From: Bacilli bacterium
GTDB lineage: Bacteria; Bacillota_I; Bacilli_A; RF39; UBA660
Direction of reading: 5' to 3'
Length of the DNA: 64,000 bases
NCBI GenBank assembly: GCA_017438635.1
Contig: JAFRUZ010000011.1
Coordinates: 74,357-138,356, forward strand
The first letter of the stretch is position 1. Each line of letters begins with the position of its first letter. The notes under the pieces are model-generated. The model made no database searches and was not told the DNA's origin. It saw only the letters and a program-made list of their open reading frames with translations. Positions 39,635-48,582 of the stretch are shown piece after piece. The position numbers and the translations under genes were made by a program.

Positions 39635-40654
39635 ATCTAAAAAATATTTTACTTGTTTAGTTAATTTTTCATCTTCAGAATCTTCTAGTATTTGCCAATT
39701 ATATCTATCATTAACATCTAATATAGGTACTAGTTCTATATCACCATAATTATTAATTATTTCGAAGTTTTGCTCTACTACACCTAAGCATAGTAAATAA
39801 TCAAAGTTTGTAACGCGTTCTAATAAACTCTTATCGGGATTCTTATACATGATTTTATAAAAGCGATTGAACTCATTATTTCTAATTGCTAATATAACGG
39901 CATACATATGCTTACAGTAAAATTCACAAGGACATGAACAGTACACTTGCATTCTTTTTTCTTCATCTTTATATTTTATAATTGTTAGATACTTTTCAGT
40001 ACCTTCAACTATTGCAAAATATCTATCATCAATTTTTTCTAAAAATTTAACTCTAGATTCTTGATAATACTTCTCTCCTCTTTTACAAATTTGATATTCA
40101 AATAATTCATTTATATCATCATTAAATAAATCAAAATCAAATTCTTGTTTATATTCATATCTTTCAGTTGTCTTTGTTAATCCTGCTAATAATTCAAATA
40201 AAAAATCTTCATATTTTTTAGGCATATTTCTAAATATAAATACTAACAAATCAAAATAATTAGATAATGTACCAGGAAGATATCGTCTAAAAGAAAGATT
40301 AATAGTTTCACATTCTTTTGTAGGAATATTAGCATTTAATTTTACTATATAATCATTTTTTAATATTTCACCATGATAATTATAATTAATATCATTATCT
40401 AAAAAATCTTTTTTAATCATTTCAATGACAGAAGCAGATATGTATTCACATGAAATATATTTTTTAATATTTCGATCAGTTATTTCATCAAGATTAAACC
40501 AGCTTAATCTATAACTATCATTTTTAGATATTTCATTTATGCAAATATATATATTATAATTTTCATAGTTTATTAAACTAAGTTCTAAAAAAATAGGATA
40601 CTTTTTATAATACTTTTTAATCAGTTTAATTTTTTCATCATTACTAAAGTTAGA
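39626..40654 (-). CDS. SWIM zinc-finger domain protein
   Basis: RBS AGGTGA before MSNFS. The C-terminal motif CSCPCEFYCKHMYAV is a SWIM-type CxCxnCxH. Confidence 0.55.
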   Translation of the reverse strand, partial: SNFSNDEKIKLIKKYYKKYPIFLELSLINYENYNIYICINEISKNDSYRLSWFNLDEITDRNIKKYISCEYISASVIEMIKKDFLDNDINYNYHGEILKNDYIVKLNANIPTKECETINLSFRRYLPGTLSNYFDLLVFIFRNMPKKYEDFLFELLAGLTKTTERYEYKQEFDFDLFNDDINELFEYQICKRGEKYYQESRVKFLEKIDDRYFAIVEGTEKYLTIIKYKDEEKRMQVYCSCPCEFYCKHMYAVILAIRNNEFNRFYKIMYKNPDKSLLERVTNFDYLLCLGVVEQNFEIINNYGDIELVPILDVNDRYNWQILEDSEDEKLTKQVKYFLDNK

Positions 40655-40666
40655 CATAATATCACC

Positions 40667-40736
40667 TATAAATATTATAACATAAAACAAAAACTGGAAA
40701 TAATTACCAAGTTTTACCAGTTTTTAATTTAACTAT
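40667..40736 (-). repeat. Junction module copy B
   Basis: Same ~70-bp module. It overlaps the last 11 codons (…KLKTGKTW*) of the metallophosphoesterase gene. Confidence 0.8.
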
Positions 40737-41450
40737 TTCTACTAAATATACTCCTTTAACAAGTGTATTGTTTTTTAGCTTAGATTCATAACTATCATGA
40801 ATATGTCCATGAATATTAATAGGTACTTGGTTATCATATAAATACTTTGTTATACCTTTTAATCCATCATGTACTAAATCCTTATAATCAAAAATAAATG
40901 GTTTATCATGTGATAACAATATATCACATGATTCCATATTATTCATAAAATCAATACTCTCTTCATGAGTAAAAGATGGAAAATCATCATTTTTATATCT
41001 AAAACAACCCTGTATTCCTCCAATTTTAATATTATTAAACTCAATTACTTTTCCATTTAAATCTTCAATATCATATTCTTTTAATAAAGTATATCTATCG
41101 TGATTACCAAGTAAAGCAACTATTTTTTCTTTTGGTACAGTTTCTAATATAAATTTGTAATCATAATCATGAATATCACCAAGTACACAACACAAATCAT
41201 ATTTAGCATCTTTTACTTTCTTTTGAAGATCTTTATTAAGTGCTAAACTACCATGAGTATCAGCAATTATTAATAATGTAATATCACCATTAAAATCTCT
41301 AGCTTTTAGATCACTATTTAAGGTTGATTCATAATCCAAGTTTTCTTTTTTTTGCTTTTTCAAAAAACTAAAAATACCCACACAAATCACTATCCTTATA
41401 AATATTATAACATAAAATAAAAATTGGAAATAATTACCAATTTTTACCAT
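40704..41450 (-). CDS. Calcineurin-like metallophosphoesterase (possibly membrane-anchored)
   Basis: Motifs ADTHG, GDIHD, GNHD and GHIHD. The N-terminal hydrophobic segment is encoded within repeat copy C, so the exact start is uncertain. Confidence 0.6.
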   Translation of the reverse strand: MVKIGNYFQFLFYVIIFIRIVICVGIFSFLKKQKKENLDYESTLNSDLKARDFNGDITLLIIADTHGSLALNKDLQKKVKDAKYDLCCVLGDIHDYDYKFILETVPKEKIVALLGNHDRYTLLKEYDIEDLNGKVIEFNNIKIGGIQGCFRYKNDDFPSFTHEESIDFMNNMESCDILLSHDKPFIFDYKDLVHDGLKGITKYLYDNQVPINIHGHIHDSYESKLKNNTLVKGVYLVEIVKLKTGKTW

Positions 41451-41466
41451 TTTTTAATTTATTTAT
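41397..41466 (-). repeat. Junction module copy C
   Basis: It overlaps the DUF1810 gene 3' end (…KLKNGKNW*) and the 5' end of the metallophosphoesterase ORF. Confidence 0.8.
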
Positions 41467-41874
41467 TGTAAGATTATCAAATTCTCCATCATAAAACTTA
41501 TCAATTACTTTTTTAAATATTTCTATAGAAGGATCAGCATAATGAAATAATGTCATACATGATCTTACTTTTATAGAATCTGTATATCCAAATATATTAA
41601 CTATATTATTATTTAATTCATATAAAGCTTCAGATATAGAAATTAGATGTTCTCTTAATATTTCATTATTTAAATATGCTTTAGCTTCTGCAATATCTTT
41701 AATTCCATAAAACTCTGACATTGCACTATGACCTAAAGTATCAAGTTGAGGAAATATATACCAAATCCAATGAGATATTTTTCTGCCATTTTTTATTTCT
41801 CTTAATGCTCTATCATAATCATCATCTTGTGCTTTAATAAATCTTTTTAAATTATAATAATCAGAATTAATCAT
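41434..41874 (-). CDS. DUF1810 family protein
   Basis: RBS GGTGAT before MINSDYYNLKRFIKAQ. Motifs SHWIWYIFPQL and VRSCMTLF match DUF1810. Confidence 0.6.
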   Translation of the reverse strand: MINSDYYNLKRFIKAQDDDYDRALREIKNGRKISHWIWYIFPQLDTLGHSAMSEFYGIKDIAEAKAYLNNEILREHLISISEALYELNNNIVNIFGYTDSIKVRSCMTLFHYADPSIEIFKKVIDKFYDGEFDNLTINKLKNGKNW

Positions 41875-41885
41875 ATATATCACCA

Positions 41886-41955
41886 GTTAAATTATAACAC
41901 AAAACAAAAACTGGAAATAATTGCCAATTTTTTCCCAGTTTTTAATTTATCAATT
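41886..41955 (-). repeat. Junction module copy D
   Basis: Same module at the NERD-gene stop / DUF1810 start junction. Confidence 0.75.
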
Positions 41956-42846
41956 GGAAATATTTTTACTTGTATATTTACATTTAGGATAATTTGAACA
42001 ACCTATAAACTTTCCATATTTACTAGTTCTTTCAACTAATTTTCCGCCACATTTAGGACATTTATTAGGATCTTTATCATCTCCTACTAAAGTATTTTTA
42101 TAATAATCGTAATAATCAGTATCATCTTTTACATTAACGTTTAGAAATGTTTTTGCCCAATCTTCAGTAGCTTTTTTACTACCCCATAAAGTTTTATCAG
42201 ATAGTTTTAAATCATTTTGTATTCTTCTTACCAATGCATCCGCTCTAACAATCTTATCTTTTATATCCTTAGGTGCATACTTAGTATTAATAATAGTTTC
42301 TTCGTTTGTAGCACATACTAACACTTTATGAATATTAGTAAAATTGCCTTCATTTATAAGTCTTCTTACATAATTAAGTAATTTGTTTGAACTTAATCTA
42401 GTATTCCAAAGTTTTTTATATACTTCTCTTTGAGCTTCTACTTGTCTTAAAGGAGAATACATTCCTTTTCTAATCTTTTTACCATTAAAGTTATATTCTC
42501 TTAAGAAATCTCCTTTATCATTAATAATAATATTTCCATAAAGATTTTTACATTCAATAAAATAACAACAATACCTAGTTACTACTACATAATCTATTTG
42601 AGCAGTTAAGTTTTCATATTTTAAATTAATATCATGTAATACATACATACCTATATTAGCTTTAGATAATTGATATTTTATTTCTCTTTCTCCTAAGATA
42701 CCTTTCTTAACTACATATAATTCTTCTTTTATTTTTTCATTATTAGGATATTCTTTTAATAATTTTTCTAATGCATCGCGCTTTTTATTAAGACTGGACG
42801 TTTCTTTTAAAAATACTGTATCTTTAAAAGTATCAAACAACACATA
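41950..42846 (-). CDS. NERD-domain protein with C-terminal topoisomerase-type C4 zinc ribbon
   Basis: Promoter TGTTACAAT and RBS GGGGAG before MYVLFD. A NERD core (…YVVVTRYCCYFIECKN…) is present, and the C-terminus has CPKCGGKL…CSNYPKC. Confidence 0.6.
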   Translation of the reverse strand, partial: YVLFDTFKDTVFLKETSSLNKKRDALEKLLKEYPNNEKIKEELYVVKKGILGEREIKYQLSKANIGMYVLHDINLKYENLTAQIDYVVVTRYCCYFIECKNLYGNIIINDKGDFLREYNFNGKKIRKGMYSPLRQVEAQREVYKKLWNTRLSSNKLLNYVRRLINEGNFTNIHKVLVCATNEETIINTKYAPKDIKDKIVRADALVRRIQNDLKLSDKTLWGSKKATEDWAKTFLNVNVKDDTDYYDYYKNTLVGDDKDPNKCPKCGGKLVERTSKYGKFIGCSNYPKCKYTSKNISN

Positions 42847-43030
42847 CATCTCCCCAATTCTATTACATATCCATTGTAACATATTTATAAAATATTTGTA
42901 GATATTTAGTAAAGTTTGCGCAAAAAAACTATTATATTGCTCTCTTCAGGGGGCATCCATATGGAGTATTTATCTACTATTGCTTATTTTTACAAATGCT
43001 TATATATCAAGGGTTTTAGCTAAATCAAAA

Positions 43031-43082
43031 AATTAGCCTTTCGACTAATTTTCTAACTTTTGCCACCTAAATGCCACCTAAA
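43031..43082. repeat. Hairpin AATTAGcctttcgaCTAATT followed by a perfect tandem 11-mer TGCCACCTAAA x2
   Basis: Seen directly in the 270-bp intergenic region upstream of the NERD gene. Confidence 0.5.
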
Positions 43083-43153
43083 ATTAACATCTATGCAAAT
43101 AACATTTAAGACTAAAGTATTACAATACTTATAGTCATTATTTTATAAAATTC

Positions 43154-43918
43154 TTATTCAGATATAAATTTAAAACCTTTGGGAGCAACTAATGTATTGT
43201 CATTTCCATATCCAGAAATATAAAGTGTCGCTATTTGCTCTTTTCCAAGTAATTTCTTTTTATAAATATTCCATATATCTATATTTGTTTCCCAATCATC
43301 ATGAATTGTTGAGCCCACTCTCTCAAAAGATATTTCTTTACCATCTTCTGTTAATAACATACTTAAATAATCATATTCAGCCCCAATAGAAATAAGTTCT
43401 ATAGGGTTATGTTCTGTTAACCCAAAATCATCTTTTGATGTATCAGATAATGGTTTTTTTATTTCAAATGTGTCTGGATATTCTTTAATTTGATATTCAT
43501 ATTCTTCAATAAAGTTTTCTGTACCTTTTTCAAATAATCCCATATTCCAAGTTAGATCATTTGTTTTTTCATCCTTTATCATTATACATTTAGCCTGATA
43601 AATCAAAAATGCTAGTTTTTTTCTAGTATCATCATCTAAATTTTTCGTTATAGAATATCTTCTTAACAATCTATAAATATCTCGATACTTATCAGTCATA
43701 ATCATTATATCAGGTCTAGCTTCATCAATAACATCTGTTATAAAGTCATATGTTTGTAACATTTCAGCAAATGTAAACTGATGATTAGTAATATCCGAAT
43801 ACACTGATAGCATATTGGCATAGCATTTACAATCATTATCAGTTAATTCATCTTGCAAATTATTAACTTCCCTAAAGTTTTTCATTAAATCAAAAAAATC
43901 TTTATTTAGAACTTTCAT
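43154..43918 (-). CDS. Hypothetical protein
   Basis: RBS AGGTGA before MKVLNK. No recognisable domain. Confidence 0.4.
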   Translation of the reverse strand: MKVLNKDFFDLMKNFREVNNLQDELTDNDCKCYANMLSVYSDITNHQFTFAEMLQTYDFITDVIDEARPDIMIMTDKYRDIYRLLRRYSITKNLDDDTRKKLAFLIYQAKCIMIKDEKTNDLTWNMGLFEKGTENFIEEYEYQIKEYPDTFEIKKPLSDTSKDDFGLTEHNPIELISIGAEYDYLSMLLTEDGKEISFERVGSTIHDDWETNIDIWNIYKKKLLGKEQIATLYISGYGNDNTLVAPKGFKFISE

Positions 43919-44095
43919 ATCATCACCTACATTCACATTATACCATATATTTTCATAATTAAAGTGTTAATAACACTATTTTTATGCGCTTATTCATCTA
44001 ATTTGTCTATAGTATTAACAATATCATCTAGTTTGTTTCTATTATAGATGGCTTGGAAAATAGCAAAACCGATGATTAATTTCATCGGCTTACAT

Positions 44096-44470
44096 TCAAT
44101 CTAAATAAACAAAAGACTGAGGAACATAATTTATTCCAATATCACTAAGTTTTTTAGGCTTTTCATATACCTTGATGTGTCCTAATTTGTATGCAATTGC
44201 ATTTTTTTTATTCTTATAGTATTTAGAATAAAAATCTTTTGTAGTACCAGAATATTCTTTTGTTTGCTCCCATATTTTTTCAGGAGAATCCTCAAGTATT
44301 TCCTCAACATCTACCTCAGCTACTACTTTCATGATTGGCGATGTCGAATAAATAATCATTTTATCTATATTTCCCCTTTTAGCTTTTATTTTCCTATATT
44401 CATATTTTTTATTTCCAGAAAGAATTTCATCAACATATTCAGGATTAATCGGCATTAAAATCTTACACAT
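44096..44470 (-). CDS. ASCH (PUA-like) domain protein
   Basis: Small beta-barrel protein: MCKILMPINPEYVDEILSGNKKYEYRK…. An intrinsic terminator (CCGATGattaatttCATCGG + T-run) lies downstream at 44062-44092. Confidence 0.55.
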   Translation of the reverse strand: MCKILMPINPEYVDEILSGNKKYEYRKIKAKRGNIDKMIIYSTSPIMKVVAEVDVEEILEDSPEKIWEQTKEYSGTTKDFYSKYYKNKKNAIAYKLGHIKVYEKPKKLSDIGINYVPQSFVYLD

Positions 44471-44510
44471 TTTATCTACCTCCTATTATATGAATATTAT
44501 ATCACAATAT

Positions 44511-46004
44511 TTATATATTTTTATCTATTAAATAAATTTCTTTCTTCATTTTACACTTATCAAGTATTAATAATAGTTGTTCTTTATTTATATGTTGTAT
44601 AGTTTGAATTGGGCCTTTAACAATTCCTTTGTTTTTAAGAAATTTAAAATCCACATAATTATCAAAAGAATAATATAACTTAAATAGTATTACCAACTTG
44701 TCATTCTTAAATTTTTCTCTAAGTTCATTTTCGTCATATGCAGTTCTTTTTCTCACTAAATTAAACATATCATCAAAATCATCAAATCTGTTAAATACCG
44801 CATCAACAATGCCTAAAGATGTAATAGCTTTCTTTTTTCCAGATGAATAAAACAATAAGATAGAACCTTTTTGTATTTGCTTTATTTTTGAATTACATAA
44901 ATATGCTTTTTTTAATGAATTAGAGGCAGTGTTTTTTCCTTGAAAATCCTCTATACTTAATTGAGATTGTTTTTCGGATTCTTGAAATAATAAATGATGA
45001 TATTTATCACGAATAGGAACAAGAAATATCCTATTATCATCTATTGCAAAAAAAGGATAATAATTTTCTTTAATTTTCATACTTTTTACTAAAACATTTT
45101 CTAATTCGATTTTACCATCAGATCTTAAAGTTCTTTTTTTTGTGTACTTTTTAAAGCCATAACCTTCAAGCATTTCAATTAAAAACTCTTGCTTATCAAA
45201 TACTGTAACATATACTTCATCAACATTTTCTATTATTGCTTTATTAACAATGATTTTAATAAAGGTTTCCCCAATCCTTTTGCCTGTATCTGTAACTTTT
45301 AAAGTTGATATTTTCAATCTTTTAGCCGGTTTAAATGGTTTTAAAAAATCTTTATAGTCTTCATCTTTTTCTTCTACTTTAAGCATCAGAAATGAAGTTA
45401 TATTTCCATCAAGCTCTGTCACATAAGCTTGAGCCTCTTTTAATTGTTTCTTCTTAAACCACTTTTCAAATCCATCATAATCATATTTTAATGAATCAAA
45501 GAAACTATCATTTATATCTAATTCATGCAAATACTTATAATCTATAAAAACAGGTTTTCTAATTTCTTCAGAAACTTTTTCTTGGAATTTTTCAAGTGCT
45601 TGATCAATAGATAAAACTCTATTATGAAGCCCAACTTTTTTAGCTTTTTTAACTAATTCTTTATCATTAGTAATTAAATACTGAGCACAGTTTCTATATA
45701 TCGAAAACAATAACTCATTATCAATTACATCATTACTGCTGTTACATCCTACCAATTTATTAAATTGATCATTTACCTTTGGTGGCGATTTTATTTCTTT
45801 ATATACCGAAATTTTTGAAGAAAAAATATTTCTCTTCTCTTTATCTTGAATTTTCAATATTTCTTCTTTAGTTTTTGGATGTATTACAATTTTATATTGA
45901 TCGGAATCAAAAAGTCTCTTTGTTAATGTTGCAACTTTATTCTCTGTTACTACATAATCTTCTAAATATATAAACATATTAGTATCTAATAATATTTTTT
46001 CCAT
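44511..46004 (-). CDS. Three-domain fusion: N-terminal PIN nuclease, central GNAT-like acetyltransferase-like region, C-terminal PUA/EVE/ASCH-like domain
   Basis: PIN: LLDTNMFIY…ITNDKEL. Middle: …VYVTVFDKQEFLIEMLEGYGFKK. C-terminal: …ILLFYSSGKKKAITSLGIVDAVF…. Confidence 0.45.
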   Translation of the reverse strand: MEKILLDTNMFIYLEDYVVTENKVATLTKRLFDSDQYKIVIHPKTKEEILKIQDKEKRNIFSSKISVYKEIKSPPKVNDQFNKLVGCNSSNDVIDNELLFSIYRNCAQYLITNDKELVKKAKKVGLHNRVLSIDQALEKFQEKVSEEIRKPVFIDYKYLHELDINDSFFDSLKYDYDGFEKWFKKKQLKEAQAYVTELDGNITSFLMLKVEEKDEDYKDFLKPFKPAKRLKISTLKVTDTGKRIGETFIKIIVNKAIIENVDEVYVTVFDKQEFLIEMLEGYGFKKYTKKRTLRSDGKIELENVLVKSMKIKENYYPFFAIDDNRIFLVPIRDKYHHLLFQESEKQSQLSIEDFQGKNTASNSLKKAYLCNSKIKQIQKGSILLFYSSGKKKAITSLGIVDAVFNRFDDFDDMFNLVRKRTAYDENELREKFKNDKLVILFKLYYSFDNYVDFKFLKNKGIVKGPIQTIQHINKEQLLLILDKCKMKKEIYLIDKNI

Positions 46005-46033
46005 GCCATAAACCTCCCAATTGCTAATATATA

Positions 46034-46945
46034 TTATATTATGTTTAAATATCGATCCAACATTTCATTTTCAGCTTTTGTTATTAACTTAACAAAATCC
46101 GTATAATCTCCTGTTGTATGTGCTTTATCAAGTGCTTCATAGTACTTTATTCTATTTTCTTTTTTTATTATTACTGGAACATATCCACTTTTTATTAAAT
46201 CCATATTCATCATTAATCTGCATAGTCTTCCATTACCATCTAAAAATGGATGAATTTTAACAAGTTCACCATGTAATAATGCTGCTCTTATTATTGGATG
46301 ATATCCATCCCAATCTTCATAATTAATAATTAATTTTTCCATTAACTCTGGAACTTTAATATATTCTGGTGGTCTATGCTTAGCACCACTAATAATTACA
46401 TTATGGTTTCTATATTTTCCAGCATTGTCATCATCTATACCTTTTAAAATTAATTGGTGTAAACCCTTAATATTCCATTCCGATATTTCGCTTTGATCCT
46501 TTACTAATTCTTCTAGGTATTCAATAGCATTTTCATGGTTAACTGCTTCTAAATGTTCTTTAACAGATTTACCTCCAATTGTAATACCTTCTAATACTAC
46601 TTTTGTTTCTTTTAATGTCAAAGTATTACCTTCTATACCATTACTGTTATATGTCCATTCCAAATTAATTGCATCTTGTAATGTTTTAACTGCTTCTTTT
46701 GATAATGGTCTTTCACTATTGAGTTTTGCTAATTTTTCATCTACTTCTTTAAAATAATCTTCTGGAAGATCAATTTTAAATTCAATTTCATCTTTTATTC
46801 TTTTATCAACTGGTTTTGTAGCATCATCTGGAATATTCCAAATTGTTCCAATTTTTTCTGCTCCTTCAATTCTTCCATCTTGAATAAGTCTTCTTATTCT
46901 TCTTTCAGAAATATTCCATTTTTCACTAGCTTCTTTGATTAGCAT
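46034..46945 (-). CDS. Fic/Doc family protein with N-terminal HTH
   Basis: Promoter TATAAT and RBS GAGAGGTGA before MLIKEASEKWNISERRIRRL (HTH). Fic motif HPFLDGNGRLCR. Confidence 0.8.
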   Translation of the reverse strand: MLIKEASEKWNISERRIRRLIQDGRIEGAEKIGTIWNIPDDATKPVDKRIKDEIEFKIDLPEDYFKEVDEKLAKLNSERPLSKEAVKTLQDAINLEWTYNSNGIEGNTLTLKETKVVLEGITIGGKSVKEHLEAVNHENAIEYLEELVKDQSEISEWNIKGLHQLILKGIDDDNAGKYRNHNVIISGAKHRPPEYIKVPELMEKLIINYEDWDGYHPIIRAALLHGELVKIHPFLDGNGRLCRLMMNMDLIKSGYVPVIIKKENRIKYYEALDKAHTTGDYTDFVKLITKAENEMLDRYLNII

Positions 46946-47107
46946 AATAATCACCTCTCTGTATAGATTATACCACCAACGGAACAATATGTCAATATAT
47001 TTTGTTCCGAACGCGGTATATTATTATTTTATTCATTTTTTTAACATATTATAAAAACATGTTAAAGTTTTTAAATATTTTTAACATGTTCTGTAATCTA
47101 TTATAAT

Positions 47108-47923
47108 TTATAAGCTATTATATTTCTTTATAAAATCATCATGAATTTTTATCAAGTAATCATCCAAATATTCTAATGCATTATTACAAATATCCTCAGG
47201 TATACCATAATATGCAGAAGCTATGCTCCCTGTAATAGCTGCAATTGTATCACTATCTCCACCAAGTGCTATTGCGTTTCTAATAGCATCTTCAAAATCA
47301 TTTGATTCTAAAAACGCTGCTAATGATTGTTTAACTGTTTCTACGCAATTAATATGAAAGTATTGTGGTTTCATAGTATCAATTTTCAAATCATCTATTT
47401 TAAAATAATTAGTTTCTATATATTCTTTTATTTCCTCTTTGCTTTTTCCATTAAGCGCCATGTGAATTGCAACTGCAACTGTTTCTGATCCATTTATGCT
47501 ATCAGGATGATTATGTGAAACATTTGTAACAATAGCTGAGAGTTTTTTTATTTCATCAATATTTTTTGCCACCACACTTACTGCTCCAATTCTCATAGCG
47601 GATCCATTCCCAAAACTACCATATGGTTTGTGATTTTCTGATATTATCCATCTATAAAAGCTTGGCCCATAACCACAGTTTGGATATTTTCTTCCTACTT
47701 CTGTCATTGACTTTATCACTTTTTCTTCAATATCACTATAATCATTCTTAGCTTCAAGGAATGCTTTTGCCACCGCTAGTGTCATTACTGAATCATCAGT
47801 ATATCTGCAGTATTTATAAAAAAATTCAAATTCTTTTCCATATTTATTATTTACCAGTTCAAATCTTGAACCAGATATATCCCCAATAATAGCTCCTAAT
47901 ATGACATCTTTTTTTAACTGCAT
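47108..47923 (-). CDS. ADP-ribosylglycohydrolase (ARH/DraG family)
   Basis: RBS GGAGGG before MQLKKDV. Motifs GAIIGDISGSRFE and GGDSDTIAAITGSIASAYYG. Confidence 0.75.
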   Translation of the reverse strand: MQLKKDVILGAIIGDISGSRFELVNNKYGKEFEFFYKYCRYTDDSVMTLAVAKAFLEAKNDYSDIEEKVIKSMTEVGRKYPNCGYGPSFYRWIISENHKPYGSFGNGSAMRIGAVSVVAKNIDEIKKLSAIVTNVSHNHPDSINGSETVAVAIHMALNGKSKEEIKEYIETNYFKIDDLKIDTMKPQYFHINCVETVKQSLAAFLESNDFEDAIRNAIALGGDSDTIAAITGSIASAYYGIPEDICNNALEYLDDYLIKIHDDFIKKYNSL

Positions 47924-48077
47924 ATTACCCTCCAATTTCTTACTTATTTTATTTACAGCTAACAATACTTATATATCATTATAACATATTTTAAAAATTC
48001 CTATATTAAGTGATAATGCAATTTTTTTTACACCTAAAAAGCATATATAGATTTTTAGCCACATATGCTTTCCAAGA

Positions 48078-48572
48078 CTAATTTTTATAATGATCTATAA
48101 TTTCAATAGCTTCTTCAACCCATTGTTCAAGATTATTTTTAATGTCATTATACGGATCTGAAGGATTAGGATTGTAGCACTTTACTACATCCGCTAATAC
48201 TTTGCCATCATTATTTATGATAATTGAATCAAATGGGTTTTTTCCTTTTGCACATTTTCCTGTATTTGGGTCTTTTAAATTATGAATATATATTCCTAAT
48301 AATCCTCTTTTTTCTTTCCATGCTTTTTTTATTTCGTATTTTACCCATTTTCTATTTGCGGTTTCTTCTCCAATCATAACAATAACACAGCTACGATAAT
48401 TCATGTTATCATCAATCCATCTTCTTATGCTATCGTCACCTTTTCTTTTTACTTCCTCCCAATCATTATCTGAAACCGGTTTATTATCTTCTAATGCTCC
48501 TATATTTCTAATTTGAGATACTCTCATTACATCATTTTTAAAATGAAAACTATAAAAGACTTGTCTTTTCAT
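48078..48572 (-). CDS. TIR-like domain protein (DUF1863, ThsB-like)
   Basis: RBS AAGGAGG before MKRQVFYSFHFKNDV. The middle region is …IGEETANRKWVKYEIKKA…GIYIHNLKDPNTGKCAKGKNPFD. It closely parallels the Thoeris ThsB pattern (…VFFSFHY…NRRWVRYEI…GIHI…KGPNPFD) as I recall it. Confidence 0.6.
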   Translation of the reverse strand: MKRQVFYSFHFKNDVMRVSQIRNIGALEDNKPVSDNDWEEVKRKGDDSIRRWIDDNMNYRSCVIVMIGEETANRKWVKYEIKKAWKEKRGLLGIYIHNLKDPNTGKCAKGKNPFDSIIINNDGKVLADVVKCYNPNPSDPYNDIKNNLEQWVEEAIEIIDHYKN

Positions 48573-48582
48573 ATATACCTCC

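Noticed and set aside
39563-41955. Integron attC interpretation of the 70-bp repeats
   Set aside because: I could not find convincing R'' (RYYYAAC) and R' (GTTRRRY) cores in consistent positions, and only copy D has a GTTAAAT. No intI-like integrase is in the window. The attC idea is kept as a hypothesis only.
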